Below, piece after piece: positions 39,704 through 57,095 of a stretch of 64,000 nucleotides of DNA. The notes under the pieces are model-generated. The model did not search any database and was not told the DNA's origin. It was given only the letters and a program-made list of their open reading frames with translations. Origin of the DNA: Adineta vaga (taxonomy: Eukaryota > Animalia > Rotifera); the NCBI GenBank assembly GCA_021613535.1, contig CP075495.1, forward strand, positions 14,136,001-14,200,000, read 5' to 3'. The position numbers and the translations under genes were made by a program. Each line of letters starts with the position of its first letter. The first letter of the stretch is position 1.

Positions 39704-41757
39704 ATGGCTGTCATAAACTTTTTATTTCTTTTTGTAACATACATCGATAAAAACTGTATCATTTTTGTAATGTTTCGTTCGTGGCTACTCAAATTTTTAT
39801 TATGTTTCTCAAGATCAGAACACAATCAAATGAAAGAACAAGAAACGCCGACATCACATCTCGACGTAGAAAATTTAGATAACAAAAATCAAACACATTC
39901 ATCCATTTATCACATTTTCTCACCGCCTTTAAAACTTTCTATGTTGAAAAAAATTCATTGTCGAATAAAACCATCGTTGACAAATAATCGTCATCACACG
40001 ACACCATGGATATATTCATTCGATCATTCTCAAAATTGTATAAAAACGTTATGTGATAAACATACATCAACGAACATTCATACTAAACGATCACCAAGTT
40101 TAATCGATATTGACTGTGATAATCATCAATTTTCATTATCATCCGTTACGAAATCAAAATCTGAAATCAAGACTCAGTTATGTCGGTAAGAAATATCTTG
40201 AACAACATTATGTTCAGTTTTTATACTTGTGAATACTCAAAGTAAACTCCGTCATTGTCATTATGTGAACAATACTTGTCATTATTTATCTTCATCTATT
40301 CGAAAACAAAACAGTGATACGATGGTAAATACTTATGAACACGACAGTCTGACAAATCCATTGCATCATCACATATCAAGATTTCTATCATCCTGTGATT
40401 GTTCATCACGCAATATCAATTCATCTAAACATCATTCACCACTTTCAACTGATTCTACTATTAATATATCTACATCTACGAATGATATTAGCACATCAAT
40501 TGATAAAACAACCGATAAAATATGGCGACTCAAGATTCATGATCATTTGAATAAAGATGGAAGTCGACACAATGTTATGCATAAAGGTATATATAATAAC
40601 TCGTCAGCATTATCGTAGCAGCATTCATACGTAGGCAGTGAAGAATCTATCCGTCAACGTCGTGATAATAAGCGTGCAAAACGTTCCGAAGAAAAGACAC
40701 AAAAAATTAATGAAAAGATATCGAAAGCAAATGAACGTTGGCAAAAGTATTCCAATATTGATTATGAACTTGTCTTCTTCATTTCACGATATTATGATCG
40801 ACTACCATTATGTTCAACGTGTCGAAATTACTTCATTACTCATCAAACACATTATCTATTCAATGATCCACGTGCATCTATTGATTATGCTGCTGATGCT
40901 GCTCTTCGTTCATCAAGCAATAAAACAATTACATTAAAACAAGCAGCAAAATCGCGATTAATCAAAGATTATGATAAACAAACAGATTTAATTTTTCATC
41001 TTTGTGATACATGTCTATCAAAATGTGAAGATATACGAAACGAATTGAAACAAATCAGTACTGCTCGAAAAGCATCATTAACAAATACAAAAACTTCACT
41101 TTCTCACTCCCCGTCATCAAATATCTTCACATTGAATAATCCTTTTCCAACGCCAAATCATCAACAACCATCATCTATACCACAACATCCAAGTGCTATG
41201 ACTACTAGTAGTTAAATCAAAATTTTGTTTGTATCTATAGATGTGTATTTTATATAGATGTGAATAATCATTTTGAATATCATCAGATGAAATTAAAACA
41301 ACTCTATGAACAAAGTCAACGTTTGATTGTTGCTCAACAAAATCAACAACAAGTACAGTCGAATTTGAATTCGTGTACAAAACAAATGCAGTATCATTGT
41401 CTGGAAATATTACAGCTTCAATATCCTGGATTATTACTATCGTTTCCTTATCGACCATCATCAAATGCATTAAATTTAACTTATCGACATCAAAATTCGA
41501 CTGATGAAAGTGATTCAATTGACGCTGTACAAGATAATGATGAGAATAATGAAAGTACTAGTGATGAAACGAGATGCTGCGAATGCGAGAATGATAAAAG
41601 TCAAGATGATCGTGTGAGAATTCAAACATGTCATGAACTTGTAGAATATTATAGTAAGTCATGTATGTCAATCGATAAACAAATAAGTGTATGTCATTCT
41701 TTGAGATGCACCATTGGACGATTTTATTCGAGGTCTTCAAGTTCTCAAATGTCTTAG
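39704..41757 (+). CDS. Uncharacterised His/Ser/Cys-rich protein with coiled-coil segments
   Basis: Four exons join in frame (donors near 40187, 40588, 41193); CxxC pairs CSTC and CDTC; start codon uncertain (39704 or 39770). Confidence 0.6.
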
Positions 41758-42178
41758 TACTTTCAATCAATATTCATCTTGACTTAGAAATGCAATAACC
41801 ACATTGAATGAAACCTTAAACCTTGTCATTTCTTTTTTCTTTAGTTAATTCTTCTGTGTAATCAATGTATTATTTAGTAAATTATCAAGCACAAGACATG
41901 TATAAAACTCGAAAATTTGTAATACAAAAATCTAAATAAAACATGTCTCGTATGTTCTCTTCATATCTATAATATTGTTGACAAATAAACATGAGGAATC
42001 GCCATTAGTATACGGATTCTTTTTCTCGTTACTGTACTTATTGAATTCATACGAATACTCGTTAATTTAAAAAAATATAATGAAATAAGATTGAAATTAA
42101 ATGAATTGATCGATATTTATCGTTTTTAATCTTTCTAATAATACTTTATTATGAAAACAAAAAACAATACACGAATTA

Positions 42179-43076
42179 TTAACTCCATTGCGATCCATCA
42201 ACCTCTATACCTTGTCGCCATGCAATCAAACATACTTTTACTTTGTTTTTCAAAGACTTGTCAGGAAATACTTTATATATAATGATGCGTTTCGAATTAT
42301 ATTTTGCACCATCTGTACGCGATACAATGAGATCAATCACATCACCTTCTTTCATCTGAAATGCACATGTACAAAATCCTAGTTCATCAATATAAAATCG
42401 CTTTACAAATCATACTTGTTGTGCTTTTTTTGTTGATTTTTCTCCATTAACTCGTAATTTTGATCCATAGAATTCATCTTCAATTGCACTAGTAATAAAA
42501 AGACAAATACATCGAGAAAATGAATGATCGTTTTACAATATTTACCTTCGTCCAATACCAGTGCCTGCTGAACAGATGAGATCAAGACGAAGTGAAGCAA
42601 GATGTCGAATGATTGTGCGATAACCTATGATCATACAACATTCTTATGAATATTCTATGTCTGTTTGTAAGTTCAAACAAACCTTTAGGTAGTTTATGTT
42701 CCTGAATACTTTGCTTAATTTTGTCTTGTTCACTCTAGAAGAAAATCAATCTATTCATAGGATATATTAAAATTGAAGAATATGAATATTATAAACTTAG
42801 TATTACTTGATCATCTTCATCATCATCTTTATCATCGTCTTCTGCTTCATCATCTTCTTCGGTAATATTCGAATAACCTTTATTTCGACGTTGTGCATGA
42901 ATAATTGATGAAGAAGAAAATAAACAATTCTGCTGTACTACCATCGAATTATATGAATATGAATCAATCGATGATAAATTTTGTATTGACATTCGTAACG
43001 ATGACAATAACATATTATGATATCTACTTGTTAACAATGATCGACGTAAAGTCGATATAAAACGAAGAGTAGACAT
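42179..43076 (-). CDS. MTRES1: Mitochondrial transcription rescue factor 1 (C6orf203, S4-like RNA-binding)
   Basis: Arg/Ser-rich presequence, acidic tract, SLRLDLICSAGTGIGR/NAIEDEFYGSKLRVNGEKSTKKAQQ/MKEGDVIDL. Confidence 0.85.
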
Positions 43077-43377
43077 CTGTAAAAAGAAACTAATATCTTG
43101 TTTAATATACACATGTATTAACTTCGAAATATCTTCATTTTATTTTATATATTTAACAAAAGTAACGTAAATTAAGAGATATCTATAGAACATCACCAGA
43201 ATAGAAACACAGTAGTTGGAAACAACAATAACAATTTTAGGAAATAAATAACCGAGGAAGAAATAGATGAAAGAAGAAAAACAAGAAAATTGTACAAGAA
43301 TAATGAAAAGAAACTCAATATCACTAGAAAAAAGATCTTTTATTTTATGCAGTTGTTGTTGAACATTTTTGTCCTTT

Positions 43378-46300
43378 TTATTGCTGCTGCTGTTGTTGTT
43401 GTTGTTTGATAAGACATTCAAATTGATCTGCAGATTTTAACTGAAGAATAGTTTTTCTTTCCACAGCATTTGCATAAAGTTTTTGCCAATCTTCACTGAT
43501 CTATTCAAATCAAAGGCTATATCAATCATCTGATGAAATTAATAGACTAAATTCTTACATTTAATGAATCCATATGACCTAATATATACATTGCATATTT
43601 TGCTCGAGTTAATGATACATTCAATCGTTGTCGATTAGCAACAAAACCAATTCCTGTTGCTGTTGTTGCAGCATTTACGACTTGTGTTGCTCGAACACAT
43701 GATAAAAGAATCACATCTTTCTGTCGACCTTGAAATGCATCGACTAAATAATAATCAAACTTATAAAGTTAAAAATCGCTTATTTTTCTTTGCTGATGAT
43801 TTTACCCGTTCCAATATCAATTTTATGTTGACGAAGATTACGTTGTGCTAGTTTTTGTTCAATCAATTTCAGTTGATAATTATACGGAGTGATAATACCA
43901 ATTTCTACGTGAATCAAATGAAGAAATGATTATTCGATGGAGGAAATTTCTACATACGATTGAATGGTACTTTTGCTTGTTCATTAATAAATTCGACTAG
44001 ACAAACAATAATTTCGGCTTCAAGTGGATTGCCATAGGATTGTGTCACAGGATCTAATTGTTCTTGCCCGTTGACAACATCAAGTATCATGTATGGTTTT
44101 AAAAGAAATTTTTTCCTATTCAAATTATGAGATAAATTAGGTAAACATGTCAATTGACTGGTAAATTACCGTTTCTGATTGATTGTTTTGTCTGTTTTTA
44201 GTTTTGAGCGATAAATATGCATCGATGGAAATTTACATATTTCATCATGCATTCGATATTGCTAAAAGAATAAGATGAAGATGAAAATACAAGTTTTCGA
44301 TCGACGTGTCTGATGAACATCAACTCTTTCATTCAATAACACTCTTTATAGATCAGGAAAAACAATCATTCAAAAAACAATCTTTGTAACTTACAATATT
44401 AAGCATACGAATAGGATTATTCAGATCGTATTTGAATAATTTGTAAAGACGTTCGAATAATGATTGATTCAAACCAGCTTCAAGTGCTCGTCGAGATAAT
44501 ATTGTTGCAGGACTAGAAGATATTTAATAGAAAAGAAGAACTCATATAAAATCAATTAAAATCTTTACAGTTGTTCAGGATCACCAACAAGTATTATTCG
44601 ATTCATTCCAAGTCGAAGTGGTATATAATTATCGATTTCAATACATTGTCCAGCTTCATCAATAATTAAACAATTAAATAGACTCGGCGCTGTTGATGAC
44701 GATGATGATGATGATGCTTTTGGTAGTTTGTTTGATTTATCATTTTTATTTGATTGTTGATTAACATCCATTGAAGAAAATGAATCAAATATAGAATTAC
44801 CAACATAATTTAGAGTAGAAACGCAACTATGTATATAAAAAAACGTTTAATAAAGACGAAGACGTAGACAATGAAACTTACATATCAGCATTTTGTAATA
44901 ATTCGATTTTAATTTCACGTTCACGTTGACGTCGAGCAGCTTCTGGCATTGTCTAAAGAAAATTAAGAAATTCTATATCATATATTAATCTTCAATAGGA
45001 AATGCATACTTTTCGACATGTCTGTTGTAGTTTTATAATACTAGCAGTGATTTCTTTTAGATTTAATTGTAAATCTTTTAACTAAATAGATTCAACATAA
45101 TACATGTTCACTAATATGATAGATTTTACAAACCTCTTCAGATATCTGATTACCAGCTGATGCTGTTTGTTGTTTCTTTTTTTCTTCTTCAATTCTTTGT
45201 AAGACTTGTTTTTTTTGTGTTTCTTTATTGGCTAAATTTCGTTCAATAGCTTCATTTGCACCACCAGTATTTAATACTAAATCAAATATTCGAACGTATA
45301 TTCTTCTCCAGATAGTTTCAAACCTTCTTCTAAACGTTTTTGAGCAAGTACGTCCAATGAAACATTTTCAATATCTTCACTAACACCACCGCCGCGTGCA
45401 CATCGGATTAATTTGAATGGTACTAGAAAGGTTTCATGCAGACAGAAAATAGTTGAAATCAATTAATCATTTTACATTGTGAAGTTGTTTGATCCGTAGT
45501 TTTACGTGCAAAAACATCAAGTAATCGACGAACGATTTCATTACAACCACCATTTGAAGGACAACATATCAAAATTTTCATTTTCTTTTGTGATCCTCCC
45601 GATGATGTGATCGTTGGTGATTGTTCATTTGATGGTGATGAAGCTAACATTGGCTAAATGATCCATATATAGAGTTTAGTTATACTGATGATTGTGATAA
45701 CTTACTTGAAGAAGAGCACGAACAATACCTGTTATTGTTTGAGATTTACCAGTACCTGGTGGACCTTGACACATATAGACTTTTGCTTGATCATCATCTT
45801 TTGTATCATAAATCATCGAAACAGCTTCGGAAATTACATTTCGTTGAGAGTCATTGTATGCCTAGAATTACAAAATCAAATGTCGTGTATTCCGCACATA
45901 CGTTTATTCTTTTTCTACCTGAAGATATTTTTGTTCCATAAGCTTCTTTTGTGTACTTGTTACTTGAAATATATCCTCAGTTAATGATGGACTTAATAGA
46001 TGTTCGAATAAAGGACATGTACGCATCGATGCTAACGCTTTAAAACGACGTAATGTTGCTGTTAAAGACGTAATTGCCTAAATATTTATTTTGTATTCTA
46101 TTGTTACACAATTCTATTGTTTTTTACTTTAATTTTTATTTGTGATCCATCTAAAATTTTCATTCCATTACCAAATATTCGAATATAATATTCATAACAA
46201 AACCAAACAGGTGGTTTTATTTTTACATCAGGATGATCATCTAAAATTAAATATTTCCATCGTTATTGAATTGATTCTACGAAGAAATAAAAACGAAACT

Positions 46301-48238
46301 TACGATACGATTTATGCAAACGTGTTTTATCGATAATTCGTTCACCACTTCGTACTAGACCAAAGATTTTCTTCACAGGTTGATTTAACAATGTAATAAC
46401 AACTAAATCATCTTCACTAAGCATTTCTCGACGTTGATTTGGCATTGATGGATTACGTTTTTGTAGTACTTGAGCTTTTAATTCATATAATCCTGATTTA
46501 AACAGACGTATTTGAGGAAGAACAGCATCATATTCTATGCCAGCTAGTTTATGATCATTTAATTTCACACTTCGTTTGATCTATTGGTAAAAAAAAGTAA
46601 GACGTATGGTAAAGTGTTTTTCTTTTGTCCTTTATTCACTTCTTCGAATGTTTCTTCGAATAGCCAAGGCATTGTAATTTCTTCATATTCTTCGAAGGAA
46701 GAATAAAGCTCAAGTAATGGCATTGGATAAGCATTTTCACCAAGGAAATCTTTATATAAAATATTCGATTCAATTTCTAGGAACATAATAAGCAATGCAT
46801 GTTCTATAAGAATCAAATGTACAATATAGTCAAACCTATTTCATCAATTAATGTAACGGGCCATTTGAGAATATAGATAAGATAATCATCATATGTATGA
46901 ATTTTTCTTGATTTGACTTTTTTCTCTTTATTAGTTGTGGAATGAAGAGTTACGACACTCGAGATAGATGATGACGATGATTGAACTGTTGTTAGATCAA
47001 CTAATGGATGTGACGATATCGATGGACTAATAGTTGTTGTATTTGTTGTTGTCGTATTAGTTAATGTTACACGAGTCATGGTTTCAGTCATTTCTTGTAC
47101 GAGTTTTTCAAAAGGATTTTTGGATGTCTAAAGAAAAATTCTGATTGTAAAAAAAAGCTGAAGAGTATGGTTGATTCAAAAAAACCTTTTCAGTTCCTCG
47201 AACTTTCTTTGATGTAGATGGATCGAGTTCTGTAGCTTTTCGTTTTGTTGGTACAGTTGGTTTTGTTGCTGAAATATAAAAACCTTTTTCTTAATACAAA
47301 GTAGAACTATTAGGTTCTCATACGTTTTCCATCGGTTGACAGTGGTGGTGCTGGTGGTGCTGGTTTGGGTCGACGCATTAATTGTTCACGTAATCTCAAT
47401 TGTTCTTCCGCAACGATTTGTGTCAACGCTACTTGTTCACCACGTGAACGACGACTTCGTAATGTAGTTAAGATCTTCTTAGTTCTATCACTGACTGATT
47501 CTAATTGAAAATAGAATATGAAATTTTGCATGATTAAGAGTGAAACAAACTTGCGTACCATCTTTTGAAGCAAAGGTATGAAAATCAGCTTTACTATTTG
47601 GCAATTTTTTCACAGGTGGTCGAACTATCGATGCTGCTGCTGATGATGATGATGGAAGATCCAATGCAACAATATCTTCATCATCACTATCACTAGCTCG
47701 ACGCTTTTTCGATGAAGATACAATAGTTGTTAGTTCTTGTCTCAGTCGATGATTTGATGGAGGAAGAGTACCAGTACTTGCTGAATCTAAATATTTAAAG
47801 ATGCTAGCCATAGTTTAATATGAAAGTGAGAAATATTGATCTTACTTTGTAATGGTTTTGATGGTGATGTGTTTGTAGAAGAATTATATCGTTTAAAAAA
47901 TGGATGTATAGTTGAACTAGTCGTTTCAGATCCTGAAAAAAAACCATCGTTTAGATCGATATGGTAATAGATGACAATGAAAAACAATGATTACCACTAG
48001 TTTTCTTTGTTTGTTCTTCAGCTTGTATGAACTGTTTAAATTCTGGTGTTTGTTCAAATTTTAATGCACTAGTCAATAATTCATCATCACTTAATTCTTC
48101 TACTATGACTGGTTTTTTAGTTGTAGTAGCTGTTGGTAATGTTTGTTGTAGATATCGGGGAATATCATTATTCTTTGTATTACTATTATTTGTAGTTGCT
48201 GATAAATTTTTAATACGTTGAAAGAAATAACTTGACAT
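43378..48238 (-). CDS. SETX: Senataxin/Sen1-like SF1B (UPF1-family) helicase
   Basis: VQGPPGTGKS, ILICCPSNGGCNEI, LIIDEAGQ, LVGDPEQL, QYRMH..I..FPS, IGIITPY, VDAFQGRQKD, RLNVSLTRAK; low-complexity N-terminus. Confidence 0.82.
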
Positions 48239-48477
48239 TTTTTAATGAATATTTACATGAATCAAAAAAATTCAAATAGACTATTTTCTGATCATCGTTA
48301 TCTAAAAATTCAGTAAATGACAAGATGAAAAAGAAGACTAGTATATATATATCAAGAGTTTTTCTATATTTTGAGTGTTATTTAGATGAGTAAATTATAT
48401 AGAAAGAATATATCAGAAGGAAAATAAAGTACATATATGTGCATGAAAATGTAGAGATAGTGAAAGTGAGAAGAAAA

Positions 48478-49265
48478 TTACATTTCTTCAAGAGTTTTTC
48501 GCACACATTCGCTGACTTTTTTCTTAAATGCTGGCCGATCATCTCGCCACATTATCGATGCATCGATATTTGCTGCTGAATCACAGTTTGGATCACTAAG
48601 CATCGAAAGTACTGAAAGAAGAATAGTTTCTAAAAGAAAAGTATCAATAAAAATAATCTATGAAACCAGAGAAAATGTTCATTTACCAACTGATTGGACT
48701 GGTGACCAACGTTCCGATGCTCGTTCATAACCAAATTGATCTACTCCAGGCTCATGAAGCTATAGAAATAACATTTTCAATTACATTTTAAGCATAAAAT
48801 ATATCTATAGACTAACTATTGAGATGCACACGTCGCCATTCTTTTCGATATTTGGATGCCAAATTTCCGAAATGAATTTCTATAATCAAAAGAATATATT
48901 TTGCAGAGAAAATATAGCCAATATCGAATCGTACCATTTTTGGTGGTTTTATTGGATATTCTTTCGGAAAATCCAGTCGTGCTTTGAAAAATCCTCCTAA
49001 ATAGACCAGACAAATCAATATAGTGACTATAAACTGTTTAAATAAACTAAACTAATCTCTAGACATTTGATAAGCAAATGAATTTGATTTGTTTGTCATC
49101 AAAAAACTGAAATCTACCTTCATAAAAAGTATCTGAAGGTCCAACGAGAATAACATTCCAAGCATATGGATTTGAATCATCGATCAATCCTGCACTGATT
49201 CCTTCAACTGGATGTCGATTAAATTCACGTAATTGTTTCATAAGAAGTAACGCTGAGCCTTCCAT
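48478..49265 (-). CDS. UBE2G1: Ubiquitin-conjugating enzyme E2 G1
   Basis: [79 protein letters not shown] (acidic-loop insertion of the UBE2G/CDC34 class). Confidence 0.93.
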
Positions 49266-49363
49266 TAGAGAAGATAAATCTGAAAGCGAGACTTTTTTTC
49301 TTGATTATCAGAATTTTAGATTTGATCGAAAAAGAAAATTAAAAAAAATAGATTGCTTTTCGT

Positions 49364-51501
<2,138 letters not shown>

Positions 51502-51619
51502 ACTTTCGTTTTATATCTACAATCAAAACAAATCTCCAAAATGTTTTATTTCATATTAAATTTTCTTTTTGTTTTCTTGGAGTAACAAAACAAAGAAAAA
51601 AAACAACATAATTTTATGT

Positions 51620-54600
51620 TTAAACATCAATTCCTTTGAATGGCATTTGTCGACAATCGACAACCGGTTGTTTCACATCTCCATTTGAGATATTTGAATC
51701 ATCTATTTTCAATTTCTTTTGTTGATTCGTTGTTGTTGTTGAAGATGATTTACGTTTTTTTGTTAACATATTCATTACTTCTTCATTGATTGTCAAGGAA
51801 AATCTAGAAAACAAACGGAATGAAAGATTAATTTTAAATAATCAATAAACAAACCTTTTCTTGAATGATTGAAGAAGATTAAGAAGTTGTTTGCGTTGTT
51901 TATCACTATTGATTGGTTTGCTTTTGATCGCTGTAGAAAGTCCATCGAGTAATGCTGATGCTTGTTTTTCAGTTAATGTTGGATTCTAGAACAAGTTCAT
52001 TTAAATGAATATAATACAATCAATACGAAGAAATTTACTCGAATCAATACTAATTTTTGTATTAAAGTAGTTATAATATGCATAGATTCCATTTTTGACG
52101 ATTTGCTATCATTACACATCTATATGAAACTAAGAATTGAAATATCAGGAAAGAAAAATTTTGAATTTTTACCATAACAAGAAGATTGATGGTTGATTTC
52201 AATAGTTTTTCATCGATATGATCCAACTAGGAAAGAAATAGAAGGTCAGAAGAAAAGAGAAGAAACGTTTTTTTACTTGTTTTCTATTGAAGAAATTGTT
52301 TAATGTACCACAGACGATATTCTTTAAAATAGATGATTTATAAGATTTAGAAAGTAAAATTTAGATGAACTATTTACTCGTTTTTTCCAATTGATATTTT
52401 CTTTTAATGTTGTTTGAACCATTGATAACATTAAACGAGAACCATATTCAGGAAAACGTAGCAGAAATTCTTTAATAATACTTGGATGAACAACTGATTG
52501 ATGAGGAGACAATTCTTCTTCCTCTTCTTCTTCTTCGTCATCATTGCCTTCATCTTTCATCTTCTTCTTCTTCTTTTGCTTCTTTTTCTTCTCAGATTTC
52601 TCTTTTGGTCTTAAAACAAATAGAGAAAATTAAATTTGGAACTCTTAATTTTAATTAATCATAACATACGGTTGTGGTTGAAGAAAACGAAGAAATCCAC
52701 TTTCATACATCGTTAAAATTGTTTCTTCAACACCGGCTAATCGATCTTCTTGTTTACCAACATGTAAACATAATTTAATCTATCAAAATCATACAGATTA
52801 AATCATAATTTGACTTTCAACTTACCACAAACATTGATACTTTTGATAATGTATCCGTTGTTAATTTTGTTCGAGTTCCTATAGAAAAATATCAATTCAT
52901 GGATGATTTATATTCAAAAAATATAACGAACCAGATAATGATGTTAAATAACGAAATAATTCTACACATGTATCTGTTGTTGGCATATCTGCATGACCAA
53001 TCTAAATTTGAACCATAAATAGTGATTAGATTTCGGATAGAAATATTCATACTTTTCGACTTGATAAATGACGTAAAATCGAATCTAATCGTTCAATCAT
53101 TGTCTTATAAGCGATATTATTTGGTAAACTTGTTAATGTTTCAATCAATGGACGAATACTAATCTAAATAACGATATAAAAAGTAGATCTATTCATTCGT
53201 ATGTTAGAATTAGTTCGACTTACTAAAACAAATCGCATTCGATCATCTTTTTTAATCACAGATTCAATTAAATCAAGAACACGAAATTGATGGTGAAGTT
53301 TTTCATTGATTATTTTTAAATTCGATGATTTTTTCATTTGTGAACGAAAAGCTTCAGCAATTAATGGATCTAAACGAAGCATTGCTTCATCATCCATCTC
53401 GATATCATCATCCTAAATGAAAGAAAGAATCAAAATGATTCAAAGATATTCTTCTCAATTCATAGTTTATGTTTACTTCTTGATCTTCTTTAACTGCTGC
53501 ATCGCCCAATGCTTTCTCTACTGCTTTTCGAAGATCTTCATTAACATCATCATTTTCCATCGATTCTTCTTCAGATTCTTCATCGATGCTTTCCTCCTCC
53601 TCCTCCTCTTCTTCTTCTCCTTCTCCTTCTTCTTCATCACTTTGATCTTCATCATCACTTTCATTTTCCACGGAAATCGTCTAAAAATATTCATTGATTT
53701 AAATTCAACATGGATTTCTTGAACAATCTTACTTGTAACATTAATTTCAATGCATTTTCATTCACATATGGTACTATTTGATGATAGATCTTCTTAATAA
53801 TAGCTCGAATATCATGTTGTTTCTTCGTATACATTGAAAGAAGAATATCAATCAATACTTCAATCCATGCTGATTGTTCTACACATCACAAATAGTTAAT
53901 TCGATGTGAAATTAATCCTTTAGAATTACCTTTCACTTTCTTCTTCGATACCAATTGAGTATGAGCATTGTTGACACATGTCACCAAATCCTAAAAACAA
54001 TAAATTAGTTTAGAAAATGAAATTTAATTTTAACATACATCGAGATATTGTTTTGCTCGATTGAAATCAACGAAAAGATCGTAAAAACTCAAGACGAATA
54101 CTTGTTGAAATGCTAATCGAAGTTTTTCATCAGGTAATGATTGAATCTAGAAGAAAGAAGAAGAAAGTAGAACTCAAAATAAAGTCTATGTCATCTTTCA
54201 AACCGTTTTTCCTTGAATAAGTTGAAATAATTCTTGACTATTTTCATTCAAATAACTTTTGATTTCTTCGATATGTTTAAATAATGGTAAATGATGTTTT
54301 GATGTTTCAATCCATTGCTACAAAAAAACATTCATTAATAAAAATTCATATTTAAACAAAAAAACAATTCATTTTACAATTGATTTTTGAAAAACATTGA
54401 AACTATGTTGATATTTATTTTCATGAAATTCATGAAGAATAAGTTTATAGGTAATATCTTCCATACGTTCACGTGTTGTATCCGAAAGTTCAACTGTTCC
54501 AGGAAGAAACTAAATAAAATAAATTGATCATATCTTGATTTTATTTTGTCGAAAACGAAATATTACTTCACGTAATTGTTTTGGTATATGATTATTTGAT

Positions 54601-56793
54601 TTAAAATTAGATAATAAAACACAAATCGAAAGGATATTTTCGAATAGTGAACCACAGGAATCAATTTTTAAATCAAATGAAGAACAATTGCATATATTCG
54701 ATAACTGAAAGAAAGCAAGAAAGAATTGACAATCAGATAAATGAATACTATAGAAGAAAAAGAGTTTTCTACCATTTCAAGAAGAAAATGTCGACGACGA
54801 TCAAGTGCACTAGAAAATATATATTCAAATTATTTAATCATCTATACCTTTATTCTGTACCTTTCATCTTCCTTGGCTATTGCACAGAATAAACCAATAA
54901 TATATTTCACATACTCTGATAATTCATCAATTGATAACTAAAATTAATAAATACAAGTTATAATTAAGATATTTATTCTTATTCATCCAGTAATTACCTT
55001 TTCAGAGACAGCATTTGCTACTGAATTCATACATGAATAATTTTTATCAGCACTAAATAAAGAAAATAATTGAAATATGAATGTTTATTTAGTTTCATAC
55101 GAACTATTTTAATAATTTTTCAAATAAACGTAATCGTTCTTGTAATGGTCGACTAGCTATCGTATGTGCGAGTTTATCAAGCTATACATAAAATACAGTT
55201 AAGATTCTATTCAATGAAAGTATCTTCAACTTACGGCATCTTTCGATAATTGAACTGATGCTTGTTGATATGTTTTTCGTCCTGCTGATGATAATAAATC
55301 CAAGATTTTACTAAATAATGCTTGGCTTTGATCCAATATGGTTTCGATCTAAACGAACAATGAGTATTTAGAAATGAAATTATAGCAGTGAGCATTACTA
55401 TATAGATAGGATCGAAGTTCTCATGTTCTTGAAAACAAAATGTGATTAAATCCAGTAGAATATGACCTTTATTTGAATCCAATCCAATATTTGAAAGTTC
55501 TACAAGTTAAAAATCGATCTCTTTACAATAAATTTCATCATTCGTCACTCTTACCATCGACAAGTATTGGCCAAAATGTTGCTAATTGTTGTGTATGAAT
55601 AGCATAGATCAATAATTCTTTACTTAATTGTTCAAGTAAATGAAGTTCATTATCAAATGACTAAATACAATTCGTCTATATAAAACTTCATGAGAACAAT
55701 GGTATTCGTTACTTGTAAACATTTTTTAATAATTGCTTGTTCTTCATTTGTTTTTCCTAACGGTAATACATCAGTCTTCCAATGTAATTGAAAATATTCT
55801 TGATCAAATATTTTCTATAAGAAAAAAAAATTTTTTTTATTCTTTTAATAGAAAAGAGATGTTTTATTCATACTGGATAAAGATTAACAAGTGAAATCAA
55901 TAAAAAGATTGATTTCGATCCATCATCACTCATTTGCCATGTTGTTGGAAGAAGTTCTTGAATTCGTGATAAAATTCCTTTTTTGAATAATTTACGATCA
56001 CTCTGAAAATGACATTAAAATTTCTAATAGATTTCTCGAATTAAGCTTTTATTGATTACCCATTTGGCTAATTGAATAATGGATGCATCAATAAATGTTC
56101 GTAAACGTCGTCGAGTTTCTTGTGTACGAATTAGAAGTAAATCAGGTATGATTTTTCCTAATACACTTGATAACTAAATAAGAAAATAGTTGAAAATATG
56201 TTCGTAATGTAAACGAAATAAAAACAAACATTATTATCTTTTTCTGTATAAGCCAATGCAATATAACTAAGAACACGACCAATACGAACATTTTTTGCGT
56301 CCTTAAAAGAAAAATCAACTTCATAGCGAAATAATTTCAAACATTTCTTCTACGTTACTTCAACACCAGTTTCTTTTTTTGTTGTTAATTTATTTTGAAT
56401 TGATGAGATAAATTCATCAGTCGATGGAACTTTCATTTGAGTATCACTAAGACTAGCAAGCTAGATTATACGAACGAAAAACAAACCAAATCTGGTAAAA
56501 ATATTTGAATTAATAAAGGACATACTGTGCCAAGAGTTGCAGCATAACCAATACGAGCACATTTACGATTGGATACAAGACCTTTGATCAATCGTGACAT
56601 GGTATATTCAAGTTGAGATGATGAATTCTAAGGATAAAACACTTTTTTTAAACAAATGACATAGAAAAATACGGAAATATACCGTCTCATCTTCGTTATC
56701 AGTCGATGAGGTTTTTAATGATTCTAATAACTTCTCTAGACCTTGTTGACGAATATGAATATCAAAATCAGATAATTCCCAATAAGCATCCAT
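51620..56793 (-). CDS. MYBBP1A: Myb-binding protein 1A / Pol5 family nucleolar protein
   Basis: MDAYWELSD..R; YTMSRLIKGLVSNRKCARIGYA; WIEVLIDILLSM; acidic tract followed by MDDEAMLRLDPLIAEAF..FRVLDLIE; many short introns. Confidence 0.87.
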
Positions 56794-57095
56794 TTGACAA
56801 TATCTAGTATAATTTTTCCTATCTAAATTTCGAAGTCTAATTAGTTAGAAATGAAAAAAAAACGAATACAGTCAATATATTGCAACTATTTCCGTTTCTA
56901 ATTTAAAAATGCAGACAGAACCAATCGATTCTCCAACGATTCGTGTCGACCAATAGAAATTAACTATGAATCAGCTGCAGTTATTTAACACGATGGACAC
57001 ATACGCCATCTCGTAAAGATGAATATTAACATTTCGAATATTTTTCCTAATAAAAAAAAAGACGAATCTTTCATAGTAAATTTATATTTATTACA

